A stretch of 64,000 bases of DNA from Escherichia coli. GTDB taxonomy: Bacteria > Pseudomonadota > Gammaproteobacteria > Enterobacterales > Enterobacteriaceae. The notes beneath the pieces were generated by a model. The model was not told where the DNA came from. It saw only the letters and a program-made list of their open reading frames with translations, and did no database searches. Position numbers and translations under genes: made by a program. The stretch is from the NCBI RefSeq assembly GCF_046105845.1, contig NZ_CP151004.1; one strand, given 5' to 3'. Of the stretch, positions 26,284-40,261 are shown piece by piece. How positions within the stretch are numbered: the first letter of the stretch is position 1; each line of letters starts with the position of its first letter.

Positions 26284-27624
26284 ATGAGTTCTCAATTTTC
26301 GACGCCTGTTGTTACTGAAATGCAGGTCATCCCGGTGGCGGGCCATGACAGTATGCTGATGAATCTGAGTGGTGCACACGCACCGTTCTTCACGCGTAAT
26401 ATTGTGATTATCAAAGATAATTCTGGTCACACCGGCGTAGGGGAAATTCCCGGCGGCGAGAAAATCCGTAAAACGCTGGAAGATGCGATTCCGCTAGTGG
26501 TGGGTAAAACGCTGGGTGAATACAAAAACGTTCTGACGCTGGTGCGTAATACATTTGCCGATCGTGATGCCGGCGGGCGCGGTTTGCAGACATTTGATTT
26601 GCGGACCACTATTCATGTGGTTACCGGTATAGAAGCGGCAATGCTGGATCTGCTGGGGCAGCATCTGGGGGTTAACGTGGCATCGCTGCTGGGCGATGGT
26701 CAACAGCGTAGCGAAGTCGAAATGCTCGGTTATCTGTTCTTCGTCGGTAATCGCAAAGCCACACCGCTGCCGTATCAAAGTCAGCCGGATGATAAATGTG
26801 ACTGGTATCGCCTGCGTCATGAAGAAGCGATGACGCCGGATGCGGTGGTGCGCCTGGCGGAAGCGGCGTATGAAAAATATGGCTTCAACGATTTCAAACT
26901 GAAGGGCGGTGTACTGGCCGGGGAAGAAGAAGCAGAATCTATTGTGGCACTGGCGCAACGCTTCCCACAGGCGCGTATTACCCTCGATCCTAACGGTGCC
27001 TGGTCGCTGAACGAAGCGATTAAAATTGGTAAATACCTGAAAGGTTCGCTGGCTTATGCAGAAGATCCGTGTGGTGCGGAGCAAGGTTTCTCCGGGCGTG
27101 AAGTGATGGCAGAGTTCCGTCGCGCAACTGGCCTGCCGACCGCAACCAATATGATCGCCACCGACTGGCGGCAGATGGGCCATACGCTCTCCCTGCAATC
27201 CGTTGATATCCCGCTGGCGGATCCGCATTTCTGGACGATGCAAGGTTCGGTACGTGTGGCGCAAATGTGTCATGAATTTGGCCTGACCTGGGGTTCACAC
27301 TCTAACAACCACTTCGATATTTCCCTGGCGATGTTTACCCATGTAGCCGCTGCTGCACCGGGTAAAATTACTGCTATTGATACGCACTGGATCTGGCAGG
27401 AAGGCAATCAGCGTCTGACCAAAGAACCGTTTGAGATCAAAGGCGGGCTGGTACAGGTGCCGCAAAAACCAGGATTGGGCGTAGAAATCGATATGGATCA
27501 GGTGATGAAAGCCCACGAGCTGTATCAGAAACATGGGCTTGGTGCGCGTGACGATGCGATGGGAATGCAGTACCTGATTCCTGGCTGGACGTTTGATAAC
27601 AAGCGCCCGTGCATGGTGCGTTAA
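26284..27624 (+). CDS. gudD: D-glucarate dehydratase GudD (enolase superfamily)
   Basis: ORF 26260 trimmed to [20 protein letters not shown] start; enolase-superfamily metal-binding residues. Confidence 0.9.
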   Translation: MSSQFSTPVVTEMQVIPVAGHDSMLMNLSGAHAPFFTRNIVIIKDNSGHTGVGEIPGGEKIRKTLEDAIPLVVGKTLGEYKNVLTLVRNTFADRDAGGRGLQTFDLRTTIHVVTGIEAAMLDLLGQHLGVNVASLLGDGQQRSEVEMLGYLFFVGNRKATPLPYQSQPDDKCDWYRLRHEEAMTPDAVVRLAEAAYEKYGFNDFKLKGGVLAGEEEAESIVALAQRFPQARITLDPNGAWSLNEAIKIGKYLKGSLAYAEDPCGAEQGFSGREVMAEFRRATGLPTATNMIATDWRQMGHTLSLQSVDIPLADPHFWTMQGSVRVAQMCHEFGLTWGSHSNNHFDISLAMFTHVAAAAPGKITAIDTHWIWQEGNQRLTKEPFEIKGGLVQVPQKPGLGVEIDMDQVMKAHELYQKHGLGARDDAMGMQYLIPGWTFDNKRPCMVR

Positions 27625-27689
27625 GACAGAAAACCAAAACCGGCTTCATAAGAAGTCGGTTTGAGATTACTGACGAAGTGGTTTACGGG

Positions 27690-27830
27690 GCCGGTTTTCC
27701 CCCTCGCCCTTTCAGGGAGAGGGGCGGGGTGAGGGTAATCATTCGCACTTGCGTTGGCCTGTTCCCCTCACCCTAACCCTCTCCCCGGAGGGGCGAGGGG
27801 ACTGTCTGTGCTGCTCCCAGCATTGGCATT
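27690..27830. repeat. GC-rich inverted-repeat element between convergent gudD and barA
   Basis: Two copies of a C/G-tract module in inverted orientation: ccccctcgccctttcagggagaggggcggggtgaggg ... cccctcaccctaaccctctccccggaggggcgagggga. Confidence 0.55.
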
Positions 27831-27864
27831 GGACGGAACCTATTTTGACTCGACAAGACGTCCA

Positions 27865-30621
27865 TTACCCGAGAATTTTGCTGGCTTCGCGCGCGACATT
27901 ATCCATCTCGTCCAACAGTTCCAGCAGCTCCGGCTCCAAATCTTCTTCTTTAGTACCGCTACGTAGCTGTTGTTCGATCAGCTGGCAGAGATTCTTCATA
28001 CGCGGCACACCGCTATAGCCGCAACTGCCATGCAGTTTATGAATCAAATCAACCAGGCCTTCCGGGTTTTCTCCAACCAGCTGTTCCTCAACTTTGTTGC
28101 GAACTTCAGGCAGGAAATCGAGTAACATTTGCAGCATATCGCGCGCTAAATCGGTTTTTCCTGCTGCCTGGCGTAGTGCCAGTTGCCAGTCGAGGGTCGC
28201 ATTCGGGTTCACCACAATTTCGTTGACTTCGGGCGTCACGACGCGAGAGGAAATACCGCTGCCAGGTTTGTAGCGCAACAACAAATTATGCAATCGCTCT
28301 TCTTCAATCGGTTTCGCCAGATAATCGCTCATCCCTGCGCCAAGCAGCTTCTCTTTTTGCCCGGCCATTGCATGCGCCGTTACCGCGATAACTGGCGTTT
28401 GTTGCTGATGGGGGAGCTGGTGGATGAGTTCGCAGGCCCGAATGCCGTCCATGTCCGGCATTTGAATATCCATTAAGATCAAATCGAACGGCATCTGTTT
28501 CGCCCGTTCAACCGCCTGATGCCCGCTATCGCAAAGTTCCACATGTTGCACCATATCTTCCAGCAATGCGCCGATAAGTTTCAGGTTAGCGGGGTTGTCA
28601 TCAACCGCCATGACTGTCATTGCCAGCTTACTTTCATCGGTTACAGGCAAAAGCGTGTTTTGTTTGTGATGACAAAATTCCGTCAGGGCAGGTAACAGGC
28701 GCGTAGGTGTTAATGGTTTCAGCAGACACGCGCCGATACCATCTTGCTTAAGTTTTTCAGCATTGACTTGTGCATGGCAAGGAAGTGCCAGCATCAGAAA
28801 ATCGGTCATCGATACCGCTTTCGCTAATCGCTCATGTTGCATTGTTAGCGGCTCGCGGAAGGTCACCGCAATGCCTAATAACATCATGTCGTAATGCGCG
28901 GGAGGCAGCGCGGAGAACGTTGGGCTATAAACCACTTCCAGCGGCGTTTCACTTAAAATATCCAGCGTGCATTGCGCTGCTGCGGAGTTTGGTTCGACAT
29001 AGGCCAGGCGCTTGCCGGCTAGGCACTGGGTGGATGGCCCTTCGATAATAATGTTCGGGTTCAGATCGAGATTAATGTGGAACCAGAAAGTTGAACCGCG
29101 ATTCGGCTGGCTATGGAACGAAATATCGCCGCCCATTTCATTAACCAGTTTTTGTGTAATCACCAGCCCCAGCCCGGTGCCACCATGACGGCGGGAAATA
29201 CTGGCATCAGCCTGTCGGAAGGCCTGGAATAAGCGCGATTGATCGCGTTCAGGAATACCAATGCCGGTATCCCGAATCTGCACTTCAATCTGCACTTTAG
29301 TATTACTCAGCGCACGTTTTTCTACCAGAATATCAATGTTGCCATTCTCGGTGAATTTAATTGCATTCCCCACCAGGTTAGTGATGATTTGCTGTAATCG
29401 CAGTGGGTCGCCAATTACGTTATCGGGCACGTCGCTCTTAATATTGAGCGTCAGTTCCAGCCCTTTATCGTGAGAAGAATGTGCCAGCAGGGTAACGACT
29501 TCATCCAGCGTGCTGCGTAGTGGGAATGGAATACTTTCCAGAATCAGCTTACCTGCTTCCAGTTTCGAGAAGTCGAGAACATCATTAATAATTGCCAGCA
29601 AATTATTTGCCGAACGTTCAATCGTATTCAGGTGATCGCGCTGCGTTGGTGTTAATTCTGTTTTCAGCGTCAGGCGGGTAAAGCCAATAACACCATTCAG
29701 TGGTGTACGCAGCTCGTGTGACATATTTGCCAGAAACTCGGATTTAATACGCGCCGCTTCCTGGGCGCGCTTTTTCGCCAGATCCAACTCAACGTTCTGA
29801 ATTTCCATCTGCTCCAGCGTTTCACGCAGATCGGACGTCGCCTGGTCGATATTGTGCTGCATCTCTTCGTGATAAGCAGCCAGCGACATTGCCATCGAGT
29901 TGATACCGTTTTTCAGCATATCCAGCTCGCCGAGCATAAATCCTTCCACCCGGCTGTCGAGTTGCCCGCGACGGATGCGGTCGACGGTATTCACCATATT
30001 GCGAATCGGACCGGTTACATCGCGCATTAAGCGCCAGCCAAAAATAAGCGCAATACCGATACAAAACAGCATCATCACGCTGGAAATAAAGATCTCTTTA
30101 TATTGCTGCAAGCGAACCGATTTAAGATCCAGCTCAAGCGCAATATATCCCAACATATTTTGACTATTTTTGGCATCGCTACTGGGCGATTCGTCGGGGG
30201 AGTAACTCTCAGAAATAATCGGCGTGCGGAGGATCATAATATCGCCGTCACGAGTGACAGTGAGTTGGCGAGGAAACGGCACGTTGCTGCCGAGCTGCAT
30301 TGATGAGGGATCAAGATGAAAATTGGAGGTGACAAAGAGTCGGTTATTTTCATCATAAACCGAAATCGCGCGAACAATATCGGAATGGCGACGATGCAGT
30401 ACGCTTATTAACTGACCGATAGATTCGCGATTTTGCAGGCTCATGCCATATTCAGTAGAAACTGCAAGCGGCTCAATAATGCTGGCTCCGGCATCTTCCA
30501 GTTGACGCTGCAAGTCGTTATAGCGATGCACAACGAAAAAGATACTCAGCAATAAACCAATAAGGACGGTCGGTGCCAGGATCAGAATCATCATGCGTGC
30601 GCGCAGGCTGTAGTTGGTCAT
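27865..30621 (-). CDS. barA: hybrid sensor histidine kinase BarA (tripartite HK-REC-HPt)
   Basis: 918 aa; H-box SHELRTPLN, receiver [15 protein letters not shown]-terminal HPt. Confidence 0.9.
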
Positions 30622-30677
30622 GGAGTTCCGTTATGGGACAATTAAGGTCACACTGTTAAATTGAGAAAGTCTCGCCA

Positions 30678-31979
30678 ATGGCGCAATTCTACTCTGCAAA
30701 ACGACGCACGACGACGCGTCAGATCATAACTGTTTCAGTCAACGACCTCGACTCTTTTGGTCAGGGCGTGGCACGACATAACGGCAAAGCGTTATTTATT
30801 CCTGGATTATTGCCACAGGAAAACGCGGAAGTTACTGTTACTGAAGATAAAAAACAATACGCCCGCGCTAAAGTCGTACGCCGGTTAAGCGATAGCCCGG
30901 AACGCGAAACGCCACGCTGCCCTCATTTTGGCGTATGCGGTGGCTGTCAGCAACAACACGCCAGCGAGGATTTACAGCAGCGAAGCAAAAGTGCGGCACT
31001 CGCCCGATTAATGAAACACGAAGTCTCTGAAGTGATCGCCGATGTTCCCTGGGGCTATCGCCGTCGCGCGCGTTTAAGTTTGAACTACTTACCGAAAACA
31101 CAGCAACTTCAGATGGGGTTTCGCAAAGCGGGCTCCAGTGACATTGTCGACGTTAAACAATGTCCCATTTTAGTGCCCCAACTTGAAGCATTGCTGCCCA
31201 AAGTCAGGGCATGCCTGGGCAGCTTACAAGCTATGCGCCATCTTGGTCATGTTGAACTGGTACAGGCAACCAGCGGCACGCTGATGATTTTGCGCCATAC
31301 CGCACCGCTAAGTTCGGCTGATCGCGAAAAACTGGAACGCTTTTCGCATTCTGAAGGCCTGGATCTGTATCTCGCCCCCGATAGTGAGATACTCGAAACC
31401 GTCTCTGGTGAGATGCCCTGGTATGACTCAAACGGGTTGCGCTTAACTTTTAGCCCGCGCGATTTTATTCAGGTCAATGCGGGTGTGAACCAAAAAATGG
31501 TAGCGCGTGCGTTGGAATGGCTGGATGTGCAACCTGAAGATCGCGTACTGGATCTGTTCTGCGGTATGGGCAACTTTACACTGCCATTGGCGACACAAGC
31601 TGCCAGTGTGGTCGGTGTAGAAGGTGTTCCGGCGCTGGTGGAAAAAGGCCAGCAGAATGCGCGTCTTAATGGCTTACAGAATGTGACGTTTTATCACGAA
31701 AATCTTGAAGAAGATGTCACAAAGCAGCCGTGGGCGAAAAACGGCTTCGATAAAGTGTTGCTGGACCCGGCGCGAGCAGGTGCCGCAGGTGTTATGCAGC
31801 AAATTATAAAACTGGAACCTATTCGTATAGTTTATGTATCCTGTAACCCTGCAACGCTGGCTCGGGATAGCGAAGCGTTATTAAAAGCAGGATATACCAT
31901 TGCGCGACTGGCGATGCTGGATATGTTCCCACACACGGGACATCTGGAATCGATGGTACTTTTCTCGCGCGTTAAATAG
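30678..31979 (+). CDS. rlmD: 23S rRNA (uracil1939-C5)-methyltransferase RlmD (RumA)
   Basis: 433 aa; TRAM domain, Fe-S cysteines ([14 protein letters not shown]), SAM-MTase. Confidence 0.9.
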   Translation: MAQFYSAKRRTTTRQIITVSVNDLDSFGQGVARHNGKALFIPGLLPQENAEVTVTEDKKQYARAKVVRRLSDSPERETPRCPHFGVCGGCQQQHASEDLQQRSKSAALARLMKHEVSEVIADVPWGYRRRARLSLNYLPKTQQLQMGFRKAGSSDIVDVKQCPILVPQLEALLPKVRACLGSLQAMRHLGHVELVQATSGTLMILRHTAPLSSADREKLERFSHSEGLDLYLAPDSEILETVSGEMPWYDSNGLRLTFSPRDFIQVNAGVNQKMVARALEWLDVQPEDRVLDLFCGMGNFTLPLATQAASVVGVEGVPALVEKGQQNARLNGLQNVTFYHENLEEDVTKQPWAKNGFDKVLLDPARAGAAGVMQQIIKLEPIRIVYVSCNPATLARDSEALLKAGYTIARLAMLDMFPHTGHLESMVLFSRVK

Positions 31980-32026
31980 TTGCGATTTGCCGATTTCGGC
32001 AGGTCTGGTCCCTAAAGGAGAGGACG

Positions 32027-34261
32027 ATGGTTGCGGTAAGAAGTGCACATATCAATAAGGCTGGTGAATTTGATCCGGAAAAATGGATCGCAAGTCTGGG
32101 TATTACCAGCCAGAAGTCGTGTGAGTGCTTAGCCGAAACCTGGGCGTATTGTCTGCAACAGACGCAGGGGCATCCGGATGCCAGTCTGTTATTGTGGCGT
32201 GGTGTTGAGATGGTGGAGATCCTCTCGACATTAAGTATGGACATTGACACGCTGCGGGCGGCGCTGCTGTTCCCTCTGGCCGATGCCAACGTAGTCAGCG
32301 AAGATGTGCTGCGTGAGTGCGTCGGTAAGTCGGTCGTTAACCTTATTCACGGCGTGCGTGATATGGCGGCGATCCGCCAGCTGAAAGCGACGCATACCGA
32401 TTCTGTTTCCTCCGAACAGGTCGATAACGTTCGCCGGATGTTATTGGCGATGGTCGATGATTTTCGCTGCGTGGTCATCAAACTGGCGGAGCGTATTGCT
32501 CATCTGCGCGAAGTAAAAGACGCGCCGGAAGATGAACGCGTACTGGCGGCAAAAGAGTGCACCAATATCTACGCGCCGTTGGCGAACCGTCTTGGGATTG
32601 GACAACTGAAATGGGAGCTGGAAGATTACTGCTTCCGTTATCTCCACCCGACCGAATACAAACGCATCGCAAAACTGCTGCATGAACGCCGTCTCGACCG
32701 CGAACACTATATCGAAGAGTTTGTCGGCCATCTGCGCGCTGAGATGAAAGCTGAAGGCGTTAAAGCTGAAGTGTATGGTCGTCCGAAACACATCTACAGC
32801 ATCTGGCGCAAAATGCAGAAAAAGAACCTCGCCTTCGATGAGCTGTTTGATGTGCGTGCGGTACGTATTGTCGCCGAGCGTTTACAGGATTGTTATGCCG
32901 CACTGGGGATAGTGCACACTCACTATCGCCACCTGCCGGATGAGTTTGACGATTACGTCGCTAACCCGAAACCAAACGGTTATCAGTCTATTCATACCGT
33001 GGTTCTGGGACCAGGTGGCAAAACCGTAGAGATCCAAATCCGCACCAAACAGATGCATGAAGATGCAGAGTTGGGTGTTGCTGCGCACTGGAAATATAAA
33101 GAAGGCGCGGCAGCTGGCGGCGCACGTTCGGGACATGAAGACCGAATTGCCTGGCTGCGTAAACTGATTGCGTGGCAGGAAGAGATGGCTGATTCCGGCG
33201 AAATGCTCGACGAAGTACGCAGCCAGGTCTTTGACGACCGGGTGTACGTCTTTACGCCGAAAGGTGACGTCGTTGATTTGCCTGCGGGATCAACGCCGCT
33301 GGACTTCGCTTACCACATCCACAGTGATGTCGGACACCGCTGCATCGGGGCAAAAATAGGCGGGCGCATTGTGCCGTTCACCTACCAGCTGCAGATGGGC
33401 GACCAGATTGAAATTATTACCCAGAAACAGCCGAACCCCAGCCGTGACTGGTTAAACCCAAACCTCGGTTACGTCACAACCAGCCGTGGGCGTTCGAAAA
33501 TTCACGCCTGGTTCCGTAAACAGGACCGTGACAAAAACATTCTGGCTGGGCGGCAAATCCTTGACGACGAGCTGGAACATCTGGGGATCAGCCTGAAAGA
33601 AGCAGAAAAACATCTGCTGCCGCGTTACAACTTCAATGATGTCGACGAGTTGCTGGCGGCAATTGGTGGCGGGGATATCCGTCTCAATCAGATGGTGAAC
33701 TTCCTGCAATCGCAATTTAATAAGCCGAGTGCCGAAGAGCAGGACGCCGCCGCGCTGAAACAGCTTCAGCAAAAAAGCTATACGCCGCAAAACCGCAGTA
33801 AAGATAACGGTCGTGTGGTGGTTGAAGGTGTCGGTAACCTGATGCACCACATCGCGCGCTGCTGCCAGCCGATTCCTGGAGATGAGATTGTCGGCTTCAT
33901 TACCCAGGGACGCGGTATTTCAGTACACCGCGCCGATTGCGAACAACTGGCGGAACTGCGCTCCCATGCGCCAGAACGTATTGTTGATGCGGTATGGGGC
34001 GAGAGCTACTCCGCCGGATATTCGCTGGTGGTCCGCGTGGTGGCTAATGATCGTAGTGGGTTGTTACGTGATATCACGACCATTCTCGCCAACGAGAAGG
34101 TGAACGTACTTGGCGTTGCCAGCCGTAGCGACACCAAACAGCAACTGGCGACCATCGACATGACCATTGAGATTTACAACCTGCAAGTGCTGGGTCGCGT
34201 GCTGGGTAAACTTAACCAGGTGCCGGATGTTATCGACGCGCGTCGGTTGCACGGGAGTTAG
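32027..34261 (+). CDS. relA: GTP pyrophosphokinase RelA ((p)ppGpp synthetase I)
   Basis: 744 aa; RelA/SpoT synthetase domain and C-terminal TGS/ACT region. Confidence 0.95.
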   Translation: MVAVRSAHINKAGEFDPEKWIASLGITSQKSCECLAETWAYCLQQTQGHPDASLLLWRGVEMVEILSTLSMDIDTLRAALLFPLADANVVSEDVLRECVGKSVVNLIHGVRDMAAIRQLKATHTDSVSSEQVDNVRRMLLAMVDDFRCVVIKLAERIAHLREVKDAPEDERVLAAKECTNIYAPLANRLGIGQLKWELEDYCFRYLHPTEYKRIAKLLHERRLDREHYIEEFVGHLRAEMKAEGVKAEVYGRPKHIYSIWRKMQKKNLAFDELFDVRAVRIVAERLQDCYAALGIVHTHYRHLPDEFDDYVANPKPNGYQSIHTVVLGPGGKTVEIQIRTKQMHEDAELGVAAHWKYKEGAAAGGARSGHEDRIAWLRKLIAWQEEMADSGEMLDEVRSQVFDDRVYVFTPKGDVVDLPAGSTPLDFAYHIHSDVGHRCIGAKIGGRIVPFTYQLQMGDQIEIITQKQPNPSRDWLNPNLGYVTTSRGRSKIHAWFRKQDRDKNILAGRQILDDELEHLGISLKEAEKHLLPRYNFNDVDELLAAIGGGDIRLNQMVNFLQSQFNKPSAEEQDAAALKQLQQKSYTPQNRSKDNGRVVVEGVGNLMHHIARCCQPIPGDEIVGFITQGRGISVHRADCEQLAELRSHAPERIVDAVWGESYSAGYSLVVRVVANDRSGLLRDITTILANEKVNVLGVASRSDTKQQLATIDMTIEIYNLQVLGRVLGKLNQVPDVIDARRLHGS

Positions 34262-34338
34262 GCCGAAATTAGCTCGTATCTACAATGTAGATTGATATAT
34301 ACTGTATCTACATATGATAGCGGTTTGAGGAAAGGGTT
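34262..34338 (+). promoter_or_regulatory. mazEF promoter/operator with palindromes
   Basis: tctacaatgtagattgatatatactgtatctacatatgatag: ATCTACA...TGTAGAT inverted motifs immediately upstream of mazE; known MazE/MazF autoregulatory site. Confidence 0.6.
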
Positions 34339-34587
34339 ATGATCCACAGTAGCGTAAAGCGTTGGGGAAATTCACCGGCGGTGCGGATCCCGGCTACGTT
34401 AATGCAGGCGCTCAATCTGAATATTGATGATGAAGTGAAGATTGACCTGGTGGATGGCAAATTAATTATTGAGCCAGTACGTAAAGAGCCCGTATTTACG
34501 CTTGCTGAACTGGTCAACGACATCACGCCGGAAAACCTCCACGAGAATATCGACTGGGGGGAGCCGAAAGATAAGGAAGTCTGGTAA
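34339..34587 (+). CDS. mazE: antitoxin MazE (AbrB/SpoVT fold)
   Basis: 82 aa [27 protein letters not shown]; stop overlaps mazF ATG. Confidence 0.9.
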
Positions 34588-34922
34588 TGGTAAGCCGATA
34601 CGTACCCGATATGGGCGATCTGATTTGGGTTGATTTTGACCCGACAAAAGGTAGCGAGCAAGCCGGACATCGTCCGGCTGTTGTCCTGAGTCCGTTCATG
34701 TACAACAACAAAACAGGTATGTGTCTGTGTGTTCCTTGTACAACGCAATCAAAAGGATATCCGTTCGAAGTTGTTTTATCCGGTCAGGAACGTGATGGCG
34801 TAGCGTTAGCTGATCAGGTAAAAAGTATCGCCTGGCGGGCAAGAGGAGCAACGAAGAAAGGAACGGTTGCCCCAGAGGAATTACAGCTCATTAAAGCCAA
34901 AATTAACGTGCTGATTGGGTAG
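34587..34922 (+). CDS. mazF: mRNA interferase toxin MazF (ACA-specific endoribonuclease)
   Basis: 111 aa [35 protein letters not shown], PemK/MazF fold. Confidence 0.9.
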   Translation: MVSRYVPDMGDLIWVDFDPTKGSEQAGHRPAVVLSPFMYNNKTGMCLCVPCTTQSKGYPFEVVLSGQERDGVALADQVKSIAWRARGATKKGTVAPEELQLIKAKINVLIG

Positions 34923-34993
34923 GTGTTACTAACTCACTTCTATTCTGGTCACAGGTTTCCACCTGACAGACCCGCAATTTTCAGGACATTCTA

Positions 34994-35785
34994 ATGAATC
35001 AAATCGACCGTTTGCTCACTATTATGCAGCGCCTGCGCGATCCGGAAAATGGCTGCCCGTGGGATAAAGAGCAGACATTTGCCACCATTGCGCCTTACAC
35101 CCTTGAAGAAACCTACGAGGTGCTGGACGCCATCGCCCGTGAAGATTTTGACGATCTTCGCGGTGAACTGGGCGATCTGCTGTTCCAGGTGGTGTTTTAC
35201 GCACAAATGGCCCAGGAAGAAGGGCGCTTTGACTTTAATGATATTTGCGCCGCGATCAGCGATAAATTAGAACGTCGCCATCCGCATGTTTTTGCTGACA
35301 GTTCTGCCGAAAACAGTAGTGAAGTGCTTGCCCGTTGGGAGCAAATCAAAACCGAAGAGCGCGCGCAGAAAGCGCAGCATTCGGCGCTGGACGATATTCC
35401 TCGTAGTTTACCGGCTTTAATGCGTGCGCAAAAAATCCAGAAACGTTGCGCCAACGTTGGTTTTGACTGGACGACGCTTGGTCCGGTAGTCGATAAAGTC
35501 TACGAAGAGATCGACGAGGTGATGTACGAGGCACGGCAGGCTGTTATCGACCAGGCTAAACTGGAGGAGGAAATGGGCGACCTGCTGTTTGCCACGGTCA
35601 ATCTGGCTCGTCATTTAGGGACAAAAGCGGAAATCGCATTGCAAAAAGCGAACGAAAAATTCGAGCGTCGTTTTCGCGAAGTGGAGCGTATTGTTGCCGC
35701 GCGTGGACTGGAAATGACAGGTGTTGACCTCGAAACAATGGAAGAAGTCTGGCAACAGGTAAAACGGCAGGAAATTGATCTCTAA
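34994..35785 (+). CDS. mazG: nucleoside triphosphate pyrophosphohydrolase MazG
   Basis: 263 aa, tandem MazG domains (EETYEVLDAI...; EEIDEVMYEA...). Confidence 0.9.
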   Translation: MNQIDRLLTIMQRLRDPENGCPWDKEQTFATIAPYTLEETYEVLDAIAREDFDDLRGELGDLLFQVVFYAQMAQEEGRFDFNDICAAISDKLERRHPHVFADSSAENSSEVLARWEQIKTEERAQKAQHSALDDIPRSLPALMRAQKIQKRCANVGFDWTTLGPVVDKVYEEIDEVMYEARQAVIDQAKLEEEMGDLLFATVNLARHLGTKAEIALQKANEKFERRFREVERIVAARGLEMTGVDLETMEEVWQQVKRQEIDL

Positions 35786-35997
35786 GGGAATTACGTGGTC
35801 AAGCGCGATTTGTGTCATTTTTTAAATGACAAGCGCTTGATTTGCGTCAAAAACATTTACCCCAAAGGGGCTATTTTCTCACTCCTGATTTCAATAGTGC
35901 GCTGGCGAAGAGGAGGGATAATGAAAGTTTGTGGCACAGGTCATGTTCGGGTATACTGCTTTCCCGTCTTGGTTATTCCATCGTCTTTTCAACCTAA

Positions 35998-37650
<1,653 letters not shown>

Positions 37651-37722
37651 GTAAAAAAGTTAGAACGGCAACGCGTACCCTGGGTACGCGTTGTTTGTCT
37701 GGAGTTTCAGTTTAACTAGTGA

Positions 37723-39036
<1,314 letters not shown>

Positions 39037-39055
39037 GTCTGACTTTATCTGATTT

Positions 39056-39087
39056 AAAAATGCCAGCCTTCGGGCTGGCATTTTTTA
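39056..39087. terminator. bidirectional rho-independent terminator between eno and ygcG
   Basis: aaaaatgccagccttcgggctggcattttttatgg: GC hairpin flanked by A-run and T-run. Confidence 0.7.
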
Positions 39088-39095
39088 TGGTTGAG

Positions 39096-39968
39096 TTACC
39101 AGCGACCGGACGCGCCGCCACCGCCAGAAGAACCGCCCCCGCCGCTAAATCCGCCGCCACTTGAGCCGCCACCGGAACCGCTGTTGTCTGAATGATAACT
39201 TCTACCAGATGCTTTTTTCTGAAGTACACATAAACAGGTAAAGACCATAAATATGGTGAAAGTAAAAAAGAAGGAAAATACAGCAATGGAAAAAGTTTTA
39301 TCGGAGAACAGGAATAAATCTAAAAGATAGATTGCTGAAATACAGACTCCACTTTTACATGCGCGACAAAAATTACTGCCTTGATGAAAAAACCAGAAAG
39401 GGAAGAACATCACTGCAAATACCCAAAAAATAGCAAAGTAATAATGATCACTGGAAGACGTTGATTCACTTTCTGAAGGTTTAGCCGGATATTGGTGTTG
39501 TGAAGTGAGTTGGTTATTCAAAGCGTTTATAGCTAGCTCTAATCCCTGAGCTAATTTTTGTTGTTCAAATGCGGGTATCATGTTGCTACGGATGATATCT
39601 CCAGCCAGAGCATCGGTTACCTTTTCTTCCAGCCCATAACCTACCTGGATGCGGACAGTACGATCCGACCAGGCAACAATGATCAGTATCCCATCATTAC
39701 GTTTGGCATCTCCTAAACGCCAATTGTCAAAAACTCTTGTAGCATATTGTTCAATTGTCTCGTCTTTGGTTGTGGGAACAATTAATACAGCAATTTGCAC
39801 TTGGGTATTATTGAAAATAGATTCTAACTTGTACGTCAGTTCTTTCTTTTCTTGTGAGTTTAAGCTACTCGTAAGATCCGTAACTTGTTGCTGTAATGAT
39901 GGGACAATAGTTGGTTGGGCTGCAACAAAGGAACACACGAATGTGAACATTAGTATGAAATAGCGCAT
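39096..39968 (-). CDS. ygcG: TPM-domain membrane protein YgcG
   Basis: ORF 39096..40037 trimmed to [19 protein letters not shown] (signal peptide); TPM domain, TM segment, C-terminal Gly/Ser-rich tail [28 protein letters not shown]; AT-rich. Confidence 0.75.
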   Translation of the reverse strand: MRYFILMFTFVCSFVAAQPTIVPSLQQQVTDLTSSLNSQEKKELTYKLESIFNNTQVQIAVLIVPTTKDETIEQYATRVFDNWRLGDAKRNDGILIIVAWSDRTVRIQVGYGLEEKVTDALAGDIIRSNMIPAFEQQKLAQGLELAINALNNQLTSQHQYPAKPSESESTSSSDHYYFAIFWVFAVMFFPFWFFHQGSNFCRACKSGVCISAIYLLDLFLFSDKTFSIAVFSFFFTFTIFMVFTCLCVLQKKASGRSYHSDNSGSGGGSSGGGFSGGGGSSGGGGASGRW

Positions 39969-40261
39969 TATAAATTTCTCATTAAATCTGGATAAATAAA
40001 TTGACGGCGGCATCGGTAATTTGAGATTCGTTATCATTAAAAACGAACACAGAAAAAATAAATATAAATTTGGTGAATGTTTTTGACATGATTAAATCCA
40101 TTTGCTTTATTTTCTTCTGACATAATACGTTACTCCCTTTAATTATTAACGATATGTTTCGCATTTTTCTTGAAACCTGCCTGTAACAGAATGTTAATAA
40201 GACATGATTGTTGTGGCAGGATCTGCAATAATTAACAATTATCCACTTCACAGAGAATGCT

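Noticed and set aside
24319-27273. Minus-strand ORFs 24319..24840, 25550..26260 and 26494..27273
   Set aside because: Antisense to gudP, gudX and gudD respectively; no recognisable motifs.
27749-28018. 89-aa and 70-aa plus-strand ORFs starting in the gudD/barA spacer
   Set aside because: They begin inside the GC-rich inverted repeat and run antisense into the barA 3' end; Pro/Gly/Ser-rich translation of the palindrome.
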